The notes beneath the pieces were generated by a model. The model ran no database searches, had not been told where the DNA came from, and worked only from the letters and a program-made list of their open reading frames with translations. 64,000 nucleotides of DNA, from assembly GCA_040220235.1 (NCBI GenBank), contig JAVJTO010000109.1. One strand, written 5' to 3'. This stretch comes from Coleofasciculus sp. B1-GNL1-01 (GTDB lineage: Bacteria > Cyanobacteriota > Cyanobacteriia > Cyanobacteriales > Coleofasciculaceae). This document shows, one piece after another, positions 10,586 through 19,628 of the stretch (the first letter of the stretch is position 1; every line of letters starts with the position of its first letter). Both the position numbers and the translations under genes were made by a program.

Positions 10586-10653
10586 GACACACCGAGCGTG
10601 TTACCGAGCGCAGTTCGACCAGGCTCACTGACCATCGAGGTAAGTCGAGGTGT
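10586..10653 (-). mobile_element. Triple-nested small dispersed repeat (25+22+21 nt)
   Basis: Reverse complement of 38974-39020 plus an extra 21-nt insert; interrupts a CCTGTTT heptamer array. Confidence 0.8.
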
Positions 10654-10707
10654 TTCCTGTTTCCTAAAAATGGGATGCACCCATAGGAGTCTTACGCCAA
10701 ACTAAAA

Positions 10708-11070
10708 TTATGCCATTGCCAATTTAACTGCACGATTGAGTTGCTCTTGGGAAAAAGGCTTCGTCAAGTAAGCTTTAGCTCCCTGTTTCATGCCCCAAAG
10801 ACGGTCAATTTCTTGATTTTTAGAGGAACAAATTATAATAGGAATGTTAGCTGTTGCCGGATGACCTTTAAGTTTTCGACACAACTCAAAACCACTCATT
10901 CCTGGCATGACAACATCTGTAATAATCACATCGGGTTTTTTGTTAGTTGCGTGAGTCACCGCCTCTTTGGGCTTAGACACTCGGATAACGGTGTGACCCC
11001 CTTCGCGCAGGTAGTTCTCGATCAGATCCATCTGACTGGCGTTGTCTTCAACTAGTAAAACTGTACTCAT
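10708..11070 (-). CDS. Single-domain CheY/PilH-like response regulator
   Basis: VLLVED, IITDVVMPGMSG, CSSKNQEIDRLWGMKQGA and KPF motifs. Confidence 0.92.
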   Translation of the reverse strand: MSTVLLVEDNASQMDLIENYLREGGHTVIRVSKPKEAVTHATNKKPDVIITDVVMPGMSGFELCRKLKGHPATANIPIIICSSKNQEIDRLWGMKQGAKAYLTKPFSQEQLNRAVKLAMA

Positions 11071-11519
11071 GTTGGCTGATTCCTATTCAGAAAAGTAGGG
11101 ACAAGTGAAACCTTAGCCTCGTGATTAAAAGGTAGGATTACGTGATCTCGCGATCGCAGCATCAGTTCTCCACTCAGCCGTTTGGCTTGCGTCTCTGAAT
11201 CGTCACCGACTAGAGTTGTAACCGGACAAGTGTAAAATGCAACCTGAGATTAACACGCCTACTGTTTCCATAGCGCCTCGTCTGCTGCGTTTGGCTCGCT
11301 TAAAAATGAAGATGCATTCCCAAATGAAGAGGTAATGGTTTAGGCTTCAACCGACAATCATAGCATTGGATAATCTTTGAGTGGAAGGGCATTTACGAAT
11401 CTATTACAAAAAGTGATCGGATCGTCATTTGTCCTTTGTCCTTTGTCCTTCATCATTGATCAGGGGTTGAGGGGCGTTTACAAAACTTCATATCGTTAAG
11501 TTTATTTAGACTCACGGAT

Positions 11520-12074
11520 TTAACTATCTTGCAAGAGTTCATCGATTAAAGATTGCAAGTCATCAATAGAGAGCGCCTCAGTTTCCGGGGCTGACTCTGT
11601 GTCCAGGTTAGCAGACGACTGGTGACGCGATCGCTGAATTAACCCTTTGAGGTGATCCTTGAGTTGCTCCCTCATTGACTCAGTTGTGGCAATAATGTGC
11701 GTTACCTGCTCGTCGGTTAAGTTAGAGGGTTCCTTCATCCCGTCAATTAATTTTTTCAAGGCGTAAAACACTTGCATTAAAAATGCTTGCAACCTCTGGT
11801 CAACCTGGAGTGAACCCTGCTGTCGAATCAAATTAACACAATCCACTAAGCATAAACCGGTTTGATGAATCCCTTGGATATGAAGCTGACTAATTGGCAG
11901 CAGGTTAGCCCCCCCCACAATACCACAACGAGTCGCGTGGCAGAGTTCATTCACTTGGTCTGGGTCTTTGAGCGTCCTTCGCAGATGCAGCAAATACTGC
12001 TCAATGAGTTGCAGGTGTGCTTCGGCAGCCTCAAGGTAGTAGCCTTTTATTTGCTGTAGCTGTTCTGGCTGCAT
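11520..12074 (-). CDS. Hpt-like (CheA N-terminal-like) protein, degenerate
   Basis: YYLEAAEAHLQLIEQ...NEL...GGANLL resembles CheA Hpt, but the AHxxKG motif is altered. Confidence 0.65.
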   Translation of the reverse strand: MQPEQLQQIKGYYLEAAEAHLQLIEQYLLHLRRTLKDPDQVNELCHATRCGIVGGANLLPISQLHIQGIHQTGLCLVDCVNLIRQQGSLQVDQRLQAFLMQVFYALKKLIDGMKEPSNLTDEQVTHIIATTESMREQLKDHLKGLIQRSRHQSSANLDTESAPETEALSIDDLQSLIDELLQDS

Positions 12075-12228
12075 AAAGAATGTCCTTGCTAGATGCCGGA
12101 TTGTTTGTCGGGTATAGCATTGTGGCTAGGAATAAAGCATTATCTATCCCTATGATCAAAAAAATAATCTTACTCTAACTTTTAGAGCAGGTCAATCGCT
12201 AATTTATGTTAAGAAATGACGCTTTAGC

Positions 12229-13218
12229 TTATGATAATTCACGGTGTTTGACATTACTTTTCTTTGTTAATACAGTCTGCCAATTCATTCCCGACGATAC
12301 CGACCTCGGACTCCCCCCACTTATGATCAGTGAAACCAATCGCACCCCTAAATAGCGGAGTTTTTCCGGTTTTAGGTATGGCGTCAGGGACTTCCATCCT
12401 TCTCGGCGAACTTTCCGCGTATAAAACAGAAGGCTGCGGAAAAAATCCTGAAATCGTCTTCCCCGATAGGCTTTCTGAATTCCGCCTGGATCAAGTCGTA
12501 TATTATGGGGATTGTAGTTATTTCGATTTAAGGGATTCAGTTTCGTCAGTCCTTCTGTTTGAGCAAACTGCTGGTATGTAATCCCCTCTTTTCGGGATTG
12601 GGGATGAGTGTGAGGATAAATCCATTCCCATACTGCCCAATCCAGACCAGAAAACAAGAATTCTGGCACATCTTTAGTCACCTGACAATATTTTAAGCGA
12701 ATCCCGATGGGAATTTCTGCCCAAGGTCCGTGCTGCCACACAAAGTCGGGATCAAAAAATGCTTTAAAGGCAAAATCTTTTTCATTTATCCTCAGACGAG
12801 CCACCCGACCAATCATTCCTGCTCCAGCCATTTCTATTTCAATTTTCATGGCTTGGGTAAAGAGAGGAGATGGGCAAGTCTCTCCTTCTTTTTTCATCAG
12901 AATTATCCTTTTCGTCTGGTGTTTTAGCCGGAGCCTGACTCGTTTGAGGTAGAAGGTTGTGCGCTCCCCTTCCTGAACCGTCCCCCGTACATATCGGGCT
13001 AAATGGTCGAGAAATCGTCTAATTTCCCGCGCTCCGATTCCGTTGGTTAAATCAATGAACGTTGAATCAGGAGTATAGAAGTATAATCTGGTCTGACCCG
13101 ATTGCTGACGCGCTTGTTGACAGAGACGATAGAACTGATCAGGAGATAACAGTTCCTGCTGGGCTTGCCAAAGGATAGAGGTTAAGGTAGATGTATTCAA
13201 GTGAGGGCGATCGCTCAT
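12229..13218 (-). CDS. Hypothetical protein with kinase-like motifs
   Basis: GAGMIGRV...FAFK, WAVWEWI and NPHNIRLDPGG. Confidence 0.6.
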   Translation of the reverse strand: MSDRPHLNTSTLTSILWQAQQELLSPDQFYRLCQQARQQSGQTRLYFYTPDSTFIDLTNGIGAREIRRFLDHLARYVRGTVQEGERTTFYLKRVRLRLKHQTKRIILMKKEGETCPSPLFTQAMKIEIEMAGAGMIGRVARLRINEKDFAFKAFFDPDFVWQHGPWAEIPIGIRLKYCQVTKDVPEFLFSGLDWAVWEWIYPHTHPQSRKEGITYQQFAQTEGLTKLNPLNRNNYNPHNIRLDPGGIQKAYRGRRFQDFFRSLLFYTRKVRREGWKSLTPYLKPEKLRYLGVRLVSLIISGGSPRSVSSGMNWQTVLTKKSNVKHRELS

Positions 13219-13346
13219 ATAAGCTAGGTTCGTAGTTGCGCTGTCTTCGCTATAAACGCTTAAATCAGTGTTATTCAGGTTGATATACTATGATCATCGC
13301 TCAAAAATAGGCAAGTTGGGAATTGGGATCGCTTGGCTTTTCGGAA

Positions 13347-13575
13347 AGTAGTCGGACTTTCATTACAGTTGACGGTTGAGATGGGGAAGGAACAGGGAAC
13401 AGTAAGGATTTGAGGCTCTTTAAGCTGTTCGGCATTTAAACCTTAATGTCAATAATGGCGAAAGCCGTGTAGTGCGTTTAGCGAAGCCATGCCGCAGGCT
13501 TTGCATCTTGCTCGCTACTAATACCCAATTTAAATGCATGACAGCTTATCATTTCTTAGTACCGCAGACAGAATT
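13347..13575 (+). mobile_element. Composite nested element: outer dispersed repeat containing a TA-flanked MITE-like unit (13421-13548)
   Basis: Outer parts match 19566-19629 and 57351-57416 (reverse); inner unit matches 53023-53125. Confidence 0.75.
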
Positions 13576-14236
13576 GATGTCCAGGGACTTATTGGGTAGA
13601 GCGATCGCTCTACCTAACCGACTTGAACGTTTTGTGCTGTAATCAAGGATTTTCCCTCAATCACAAACTTTGGTAGCCAAGAAAAATTCAATGGCAAATT
13701 GTATCAAATCATACGGAAAATTGGATAAATTTTCTTCCTTTATTATCTGCCCTCCTCCTTTTTTACACACCACTTCTCTAAGCCGACGTAAAAGAAAATG
13801 ACTAATCTTATATCGCCAAGGAAGCCAGCAAATCTCATAGATTCTAAACTTCAGCAGAACCAATTTAAAATTCTCTTTTTAGAGATTCAGCCAATTGGCG
13901 CATATCCAATCAAACATCTGGCTGAGGTAAAATTGGCAAAAACTCCTTCACAATTGAAACTAAAGCCTATAGTCTCCTACCATGGCAACGAAAATCAGAA
14001 AATTCTTCTCTGCCCTTGAAAACCACTCTTCCCGCGTTGGATTCCCAGGTCGTCAATTCTTTGAATGGGGAAATCAGAGAGATAGGAGACTTAATTCAAA
14101 ACTCTGCCGACTAGGGAAGCGAAGGGTCAACACTCAAAACGCTCCCACTTTCCCTGTATGTTCCTGGTAAATAGCTGTTTAAGCTGTATATAGTTATAAT
14201 AGCACTTTTAAAATCCCAATGAGTTAAGTTTACATT

Positions 14237-15631
14237 ATGAACTTTGATAAGAATTATCAGAAATGTTTGGACAAGCTCATCTGGGCAACCCATCAGCTCG
14301 GCGTTAAAGTTGCCCAATCGCAGCTTGCGAATCTTGCCAAAATCATCGTACAAACGATGATGGGTCCCTGGCGCTATTTTCATTCCATCGAACATATTTT
14401 AGAGGTCGGTGGCTCGACGGATGCCATTGAAGTTCTGGCGGCTTTATTTCACGATATTATCTATGTGCAAGTTGATGGGAGTATTCCGTTTAACCTGACA
14501 CCGTATCTCGCTCCTTTTATTGAAGAGGAAAGAGGTAAGTTTTTTGTCCGCAGCGATAATCCAGGTGAACGCGATGCCATGTTTGAGCTAGTCGCCACTC
14601 TGTTTAAGGTTGCGCCAGGAGAGGAACTATTTCCCTTTACCGGACAAAATGAGTTCTTAAGTGCGATTGTTGCTGCTAAACTACTAGAGCCTGTTTTGAC
14701 GCCAGCGCTGATTGTGCAGGTTGTGGCTTGCATCGAAGCGACCATTCCCTTCCGCACGCAATCTGATTTTGGGTTAAGCCCTAGCGAAGAATTATATCAG
14801 TCTTTGAAATCGATCAATCAGGGATTTAATCTTAACTTAACAAGTGCTGAACTCCTCGAAACCGTGAAGCGTTCAGTACGGTTAGCGAACCGGGATGTTG
14901 GTGGATTTGCTCATCCGAGTTCTGCTGTTTTCTTATCCAATACCTGGAAGTTATTACCCGAAACCAATCATACGTTGAAAAAGTCAGAGTCGTATACCGT
15001 TAAGGATTATCGCTTTGCTATCCAAAAAATGGCAGTTTTCATGAAATTCCTGAACGCCGAACTGATTTTTCGACAATTCCGAGGCGAACCTAATGATTTA
15101 ATTTATCTCCAGTTTGTCGAGCAAGCTCGTCGGAATCTAGAAGTGGCACGACTATATTTAGACAGTAAATTGGTGGCGAATGGAATTTTAGAAGCCTTAT
15201 CATTGCGTTTAGGTTCAGATGTTCCCTTAACCCTTATGATGGGAGAGTTTGGGGATGAACCGAGTTCAATCGGTCGTTTGGGCGATTATTTTCCCACACT
15301 GATTAATCCGCATCGCCCGAAAACGCTTCTAGAACGGGAAGTGTGGAAATTATTAGAGGAGGGACGCGCTCAAAGCATTTCCTTTGATTTTCAAACCTCT
15401 CCCCTAACCAGCTTTGTGGTTCAATACATTGGATTTGATGGGATTTGCCAGATGTGGCACGAGACCCAGGAGTTTTTTCAAGGGAAAATAACGTCGGAAG
15501 AATTTTTAGCCCGTTGGGATGCTGATCTAGTGAACATTATTATCGATGGGGTGGCTAAACTTTTGGAAAAGCGAAAAGTTGCCTTATGTAGTCTCTATAA
15601 ACCGTTATCGATGAATGGAGTGAGACAATGA
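14237..15631 (+). CDS. HD-domain-like conserved hypothetical protein
   Basis: RYFHSIEH ... LAALFHDIIY ... IEATIPF ... LANRDV. Confidence 0.7.
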   Translation: MNFDKNYQKCLDKLIWATHQLGVKVAQSQLANLAKIIVQTMMGPWRYFHSIEHILEVGGSTDAIEVLAALFHDIIYVQVDGSIPFNLTPYLAPFIEEERGKFFVRSDNPGERDAMFELVATLFKVAPGEELFPFTGQNEFLSAIVAAKLLEPVLTPALIVQVVACIEATIPFRTQSDFGLSPSEELYQSLKSINQGFNLNLTSAELLETVKRSVRLANRDVGGFAHPSSAVFLSNTWKLLPETNHTLKKSESYTVKDYRFAIQKMAVFMKFLNAELIFRQFRGEPNDLIYLQFVEQARRNLEVARLYLDSKLVANGILEALSLRLGSDVPLTLMMGEFGDEPSSIGRLGDYFPTLINPHRPKTLLEREVWKLLEEGRAQSISFDFQTSPLTSFVVQYIGFDGICQMWHETQEFFQGKITSEEFLARWDADLVNIIIDGVAKLLEKRKVALCSLYKPLSMNGVRQ

Positions 15632-15674
15632 CAACATGATTAGATCTCTGTATTTTTCCAGACGCCCAAACCTT

Positions 15675-15702
15675 GTAGAGACGTTCCATGGAACGTCTCT
15701 AC
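15675..15702. repeat. GTAG-type REP palindrome GTAGAGACG-NNN-CATG-NNN-CGTCTCTAC
   Basis: Perfect 28-nt palindrome; five copies in the window. Confidence 0.9.
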
Positions 15703-15732
15703 AATTACAAAGGAGGGTGATACCACGCTCAT

Positions 15733-17562
15733 CTAAAAATTCTGGCGGTTGGCGATCGCACCCTCCATGCGTTCTAACACCTGCGCCACAGGAATCGCCC
15801 CTAAGTCTTGGGATTGCTTCCCAGCGATGCGAGTCCGCACACTAAGACTATCCGACTCAACCTCCTTCGCCCCGACAACCGCCATTACGGGAATTTTTGC
15901 CTTCTCGCCATTGCGGATCATCTTCGGTAAGCGATCGCCACTGGTATCGACTTCGACGCGAACTCCCACCAGGCGCATCTTCTGGGCGACATCTTTGGCA
16001 AAGGATAACTGTTCATCACTCACGGGTAAGAGTCGCGCCTGCACTGGGGCTAACCAGAAGGGGAAGTCTCCCGCATACTCCTCAATCAAAATCCCAATTA
16101 GCCGTTCCAATGAGCCAAACGGCGCACGATGAATCATCACCGGGCGCTGGCGTGTCCCATCTTCTGCCACATACTCTAAGTTAAATCGCTCTGGCAGGTT
16201 ATAGTCCACCTGTACTGTCCCCAATTGCCATTCGCGATCTAAAGCATCATGGAACATGAAATCCAGCTTCGGACCATAAAACGCGGCTTCGCCAATGCCT
16301 TCAAAATGCCCCATTCCCAGGGTTTCCACTGCCCGACGAATGGCATTTTCGGCTTTATTCCACGCCTCATCTGAGCCAATATATTTGTCTTGGTTGGGGT
16401 CACGGAAACTCAAACGGGCTTTAAAATCTTGTAACCCTAGGGTATTAAAGACTGATAGAGTTAAATCAACCACCCGCAAGAACTCATCATCCAGTTGTTC
16501 GGGAGTGACAAACAGATGAGCATCATCTTGGGTAAAGCCACGAACTCGGGTTAATCCGCCTAGTTCCCCGGATTGTTCATACCGATAAACTGTGCCAAAC
16601 TCCGCCAGACGCATGGGCAGATCTCGGTAGGAACGTAGTTCATGCTTATAGATTTGGACATGAAATGGGCAGTTCATAGCTTTGAGGACAAAGCCCTCGG
16701 CTTCTGACTCTCCCATCATCGGGAATAAGTCTTCTTTATATTTCTGCCAATGTCCTGATGTTTTAAACAAATCGACGCGACCAATATGCGGGGTGACCAC
16801 AGGCTGATAGCCGCGCTTAATTTGCTCCTCTTTGAGGAAGTCTTCTAAGGTACTCCGCAGGATTGTCCCTTTGGGTGTCCACAAGGGCAAACCGGGTCCT
16901 ACGGGGTCGGATAAAATAAACAGTCCTAGGTCTTTGCCCAGCTTGCGATGATCCCGCTTGAGGGCTTCTTGTTTGCGCCGCTTATATTCAGTTAGTTGTT
17001 CCGGCGTCTCCCAGGCGGTGCCGTAAATTCGCTGGAGTTGCGCCTTATTTGCATCGCCGCGCCAGTATGCGCCAGCGACACTTTCTAGGTCAATCGCTTT
17101 GGGATGAATGTCGCCTGTGGTTTCAACATGGGGTCCGGCGCACAAGTCCCACCACTCTTCTCCGAGGTGGTATAGGGTGATTGGGTCTTCTAAGTCTTGG
17201 AGGATTTCTAGTTTGTAGGGTTCACCGAGTTCTTTGATCCGGCGTTCGGCTTCCTCACGACTGACTTGTTCCCGAATTAGGGGGAGTTTACGCTTGAGGA
17301 TTTTCACCATCTCTTTTTTGATGGCTTTTAAGTCTTGCTCGGTAAAGGGTTCGGGTTTGGCGAAGTCGTAATAAAAGCCATTCTCAATCCACGGACCAAT
17401 CGTCACCTGTGTCCCCGGAAATAGCTTCTGCACCGCCATTGCCATGACGTGGGAGGCGGTATGACGGATTTTTTTCAGGCTCTCGGATTCACTGGTCCGA
17501 GGCAAATGGATTTTTTCGGGTTTTTGGGGGGCTTCTACGTTGGACATGGGTGACTGTGCCAT
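15733..17562 (-). CDS. thrS: Threonine--tRNA ligase
   Basis: RHTASH, DLCAGPH, RDHRKLG, MNCPFH, FYGPKLD and IHRAPFGS; likely start MAQSP at 17562 (ORF is open to 17640). Confidence 0.98.
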   Translation of the reverse strand: MAQSPMSNVEAPQKPEKIHLPRTSESESLKKIRHTASHVMAMAVQKLFPGTQVTIGPWIENGFYYDFAKPEPFTEQDLKAIKKEMVKILKRKLPLIREQVSREEAERRIKELGEPYKLEILQDLEDPITLYHLGEEWWDLCAGPHVETTGDIHPKAIDLESVAGAYWRGDANKAQLQRIYGTAWETPEQLTEYKRRKQEALKRDHRKLGKDLGLFILSDPVGPGLPLWTPKGTILRSTLEDFLKEEQIKRGYQPVVTPHIGRVDLFKTSGHWQKYKEDLFPMMGESEAEGFVLKAMNCPFHVQIYKHELRSYRDLPMRLAEFGTVYRYEQSGELGGLTRVRGFTQDDAHLFVTPEQLDDEFLRVVDLTLSVFNTLGLQDFKARLSFRDPNQDKYIGSDEAWNKAENAIRRAVETLGMGHFEGIGEAAFYGPKLDFMFHDALDREWQLGTVQVDYNLPERFNLEYVAEDGTRQRPVMIHRAPFGSLERLIGILIEEYAGDFPFWLAPVQARLLPVSDEQLSFAKDVAQKMRLVGVRVEVDTSGDRLPKMIRNGEKAKIPVMAVVGAKEVESDSLSVRTRIAGKQSQDLGAIPVAQVLERMEGAIANRQNF

Positions 17563-17664
17563 TGAGTTGAGGTTGAAAGCAGTTCTACGGTTTCCCTGGT
17601 TCCTTTTCTCCATTCCATGATACTCACCTTCTTCATTCAATGCAGGTTGCCGAGTTGATTGCGT

Positions 17665-17682
17665 ATTGTAAAGAATTGTAAC
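17665..17682 (-). promoter_or_regulatory. HLR1 (RpaB-binding) motif
   Basis: GTTACAAT-TC-TTTACAAT matches (G/T)TTACA(T/A)(T/A)-N2 direct repeat exactly. Confidence 0.65.
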
Positions 17683-17725
17683 TAGCGTTAAGATAAATTT
17701 ACAGATGAATTAGCGCTTAAGATTC

Positions 17726-18091
17726 ATGCCTCAGTCTCAGCCTCACGAGCAAGACCTGCTCAAGTCGATACTACAGCCACTTTTGGATGATTTTCAATAT
17801 TGGTTTTCGCGATCGCATTCGTTACTCGAATCAGAGGAGATCAGCTTTTTAAGCCGACAGCAGCAGAGGGATTTACTCGAGCGAGTCAAAATCGCCCAAC
17901 GGGAAGTGAATGCGGCGGTAACATTGTTTCAAGCAACGGATGGTCAAGTGGGGATTGAACCCGCTACATTAGTGCCATGGCATCGGTTAGTCAACGAGTG
18001 TTGGCAAGTCGGGATGCGCTGGCGCTCATTGAAATCGGGAGAATCCGAGTCGGAGGTTTCCGGAAATGTCAATATTGAGCCGAGAGAGTGA
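17726..18091 (+). CDS. DUF2605-family conserved cyanobacterial protein
   Basis: LLDDFQYWFSRS ... PWHRLVNECW. Confidence 0.8.
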   Translation: MPQSQPHEQDLLKSILQPLLDDFQYWFSRSHSLLESEEISFLSRQQQRDLLERVKIAQREVNAAVTLFQATDGQVGIEPATLVPWHRLVNECWQVGMRWRSLKSGESESEVSGNVNIEPRE

Positions 18092-18204
18092 TCAAATTTC
18101 TGCCCAGGTTTGATAAGCTAAACGGATTACAGATAAAAACGTAATTTCAAAGACCCACCTAAGATAATCGATTAACAGATCAGCGGTTTAGTCTGGAGGA
18201 TGCC

Positions 18205-18519
18205 ATGTTACACCTACTCTACATAATTGCCTTTACCGTTATTGCATTTCTCGCGATCAGAAATTTGATTCGCAGTTTGCTGAACTTGAGTATAGATGCT
18301 CAACGGCATTACGCACCTGCGGGAAAGGCTTCGTTTGCTGCGTCTAGTTCTAGCAATACTCCTGTCCCCCATCCAGAACTGTTGGATGATACCGGGAATC
18401 CGACAAGTGAACCACTGCTGGTGATGAAATCAATGACGGTTGAAGACGCCCGTACTCAGCTTGATGCTTTATATGATGCTTCCCCTAGCAATAGCATTGA
18501 TAAGTCGGAAGACATTTAG
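18205..18519 (+). CDS. DUF2973-family conserved cyanobacterial protein
   Basis: MLHLLYIIAF TM segment, HPELLD and EPLLVM. Confidence 0.8.
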   Translation: MLHLLYIIAFTVIAFLAIRNLIRSLLNLSIDAQRHYAPAGKASFAASSSSNTPVPHPELLDDTGNPTSEPLLVMKSMTVEDARTQLDALYDASPSNSIDKSEDI

Positions 18520-18542
18520 TGCAGATAAGCTAAAGGCTATTT

Positions 18543-18661
18543 ATAGTAGGTAGACGCAAAAAGCATCACAAGTTATTTATTGGCGGGTGGGAGCAACAGT
18601 TAGCTGTCCTGATACGTTAGCTTTGAAAACCCGCCGTACTTTAATTGTGTTTGCCTACTTA
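18543..18661. mobile_element. MITE-like shell with imperfect TIRs enclosing a GGCGGG...AAACCCGCC REP pair
   Basis: AGTAGGTAGACGCAA ... TTGTGTTTGCCTACT. Confidence 0.5.
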
Positions 18662-18706
18662 ACCCCGATGACTCCCAGCTTATTAGAAATAGCGGAGCAG
18701 CCCTAA

Positions 18707-19090
18707 TTAGCGCCGTTCTCCAGTGAAGATACCTTTGAAGATATCCTGAATATCTTCCTGTTTATAATCCTTAAATTCCCCAGCATCAAACCAGATACCA
18801 TAACAAATTGGGCATTTTTCGTACCAAATATGAGATTGCTTTAGGTCAACCATTTTGGTCATCCTGGCTTTGCATTTCGGGCAATCAATATCTTCAATGG
18901 CATTAAATTTACTGCCGATTTTGGGATCACCCGTATCAATTGCTTCCGAACCCTCGATTGTCTTGAGAGTTTGAGCTTCTTGAGAATCAAACCAAATGCC
19001 ATGACAATCAGCGCATCGGTCTACTTCAATATCAGCATAAACGACAGATTCTAGGCTTCCTTGACACTTAGGACATTTCATTGATGTCAT
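18707..19090 (-). CDS. Double zf-TFIIB-like zinc-ribbon protein
   Basis: Two CPKC...CxxCxGIWFD units. Confidence 0.88.
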   Translation of the reverse strand: MTSMKCPKCQGSLESVVYADIEVDRCADCHGIWFDSQEAQTLKTIEGSEAIDTGDPKIGSKFNAIEDIDCPKCKARMTKMVDLKQSHIWYEKCPICYGIWFDAGEFKDYKQEDIQDIFKGIFTGERR

Positions 19091-19235
19091 TTTTCAACCA
19101 TTCCATTCGGGATTTTTTTAAGATGGCTGTAGTTTAGCAATTTTATGGGCAACCTATAGAGTTTTATTTTTAAAAGTTAACGAAAATAAATCATAAGTAA
19201 TAAGTAATAAGTCGTCGGTGTGGGTTTTAGACACC

Positions 19236-19559
19236 GTAGGGGCAGGTTTAGCCACAATTGTAGGGGCGGGTTTAGGGAATCAATCGTAGGGGCAGGTTTA
19301 GCCACAATTGTATGTGCGGGGATAGGGAATCAATCGTAGGGGCGGGTTTTGGGAATCAATCGTAGGGGCGGGTTTAGGGAATCAATCGTAGGGGCGGGTT
19401 TAGGGAATCAATCGTAGGGGCGGGTTTAGGGAATCAATTCAGCTAGTCACCGATAAATGAAAAACAAAACCCGCCCTCCCCACCGATAAATGAAAAACAA
19501 AACCCGCCCTTTCTCACCGATAAATGAAAAACAAAACCCGCCCTCCCCAACGATAAATG
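19236..19559. repeat. Bipartite tandem array: 8 x 24-26 nt GTAGGGGCGGGTTTAG units, then about 3.4 x 33-nt AAAACCCGCCC units
   Basis: Units counted directly from the sequence. Confidence 0.92.
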
Positions 19560-19628
19560 CGATAACGGGTTGAGATAAGGAAAGAACAGAGAACAGTTGT
19601 TAACATTTCTTAGTACAGCGGACAGAAT

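Noticed and set aside
13657..14395. Short overlapping ORFs between the kinase-like and HD-like genes
   Set aside because: No motifs, mutually overlapping; most likely non-coding
19236..19559. Possible CRISPR array
   Set aside because: Inter-repeat segments are short and repeated rather than unique, and no cas genes are in the window
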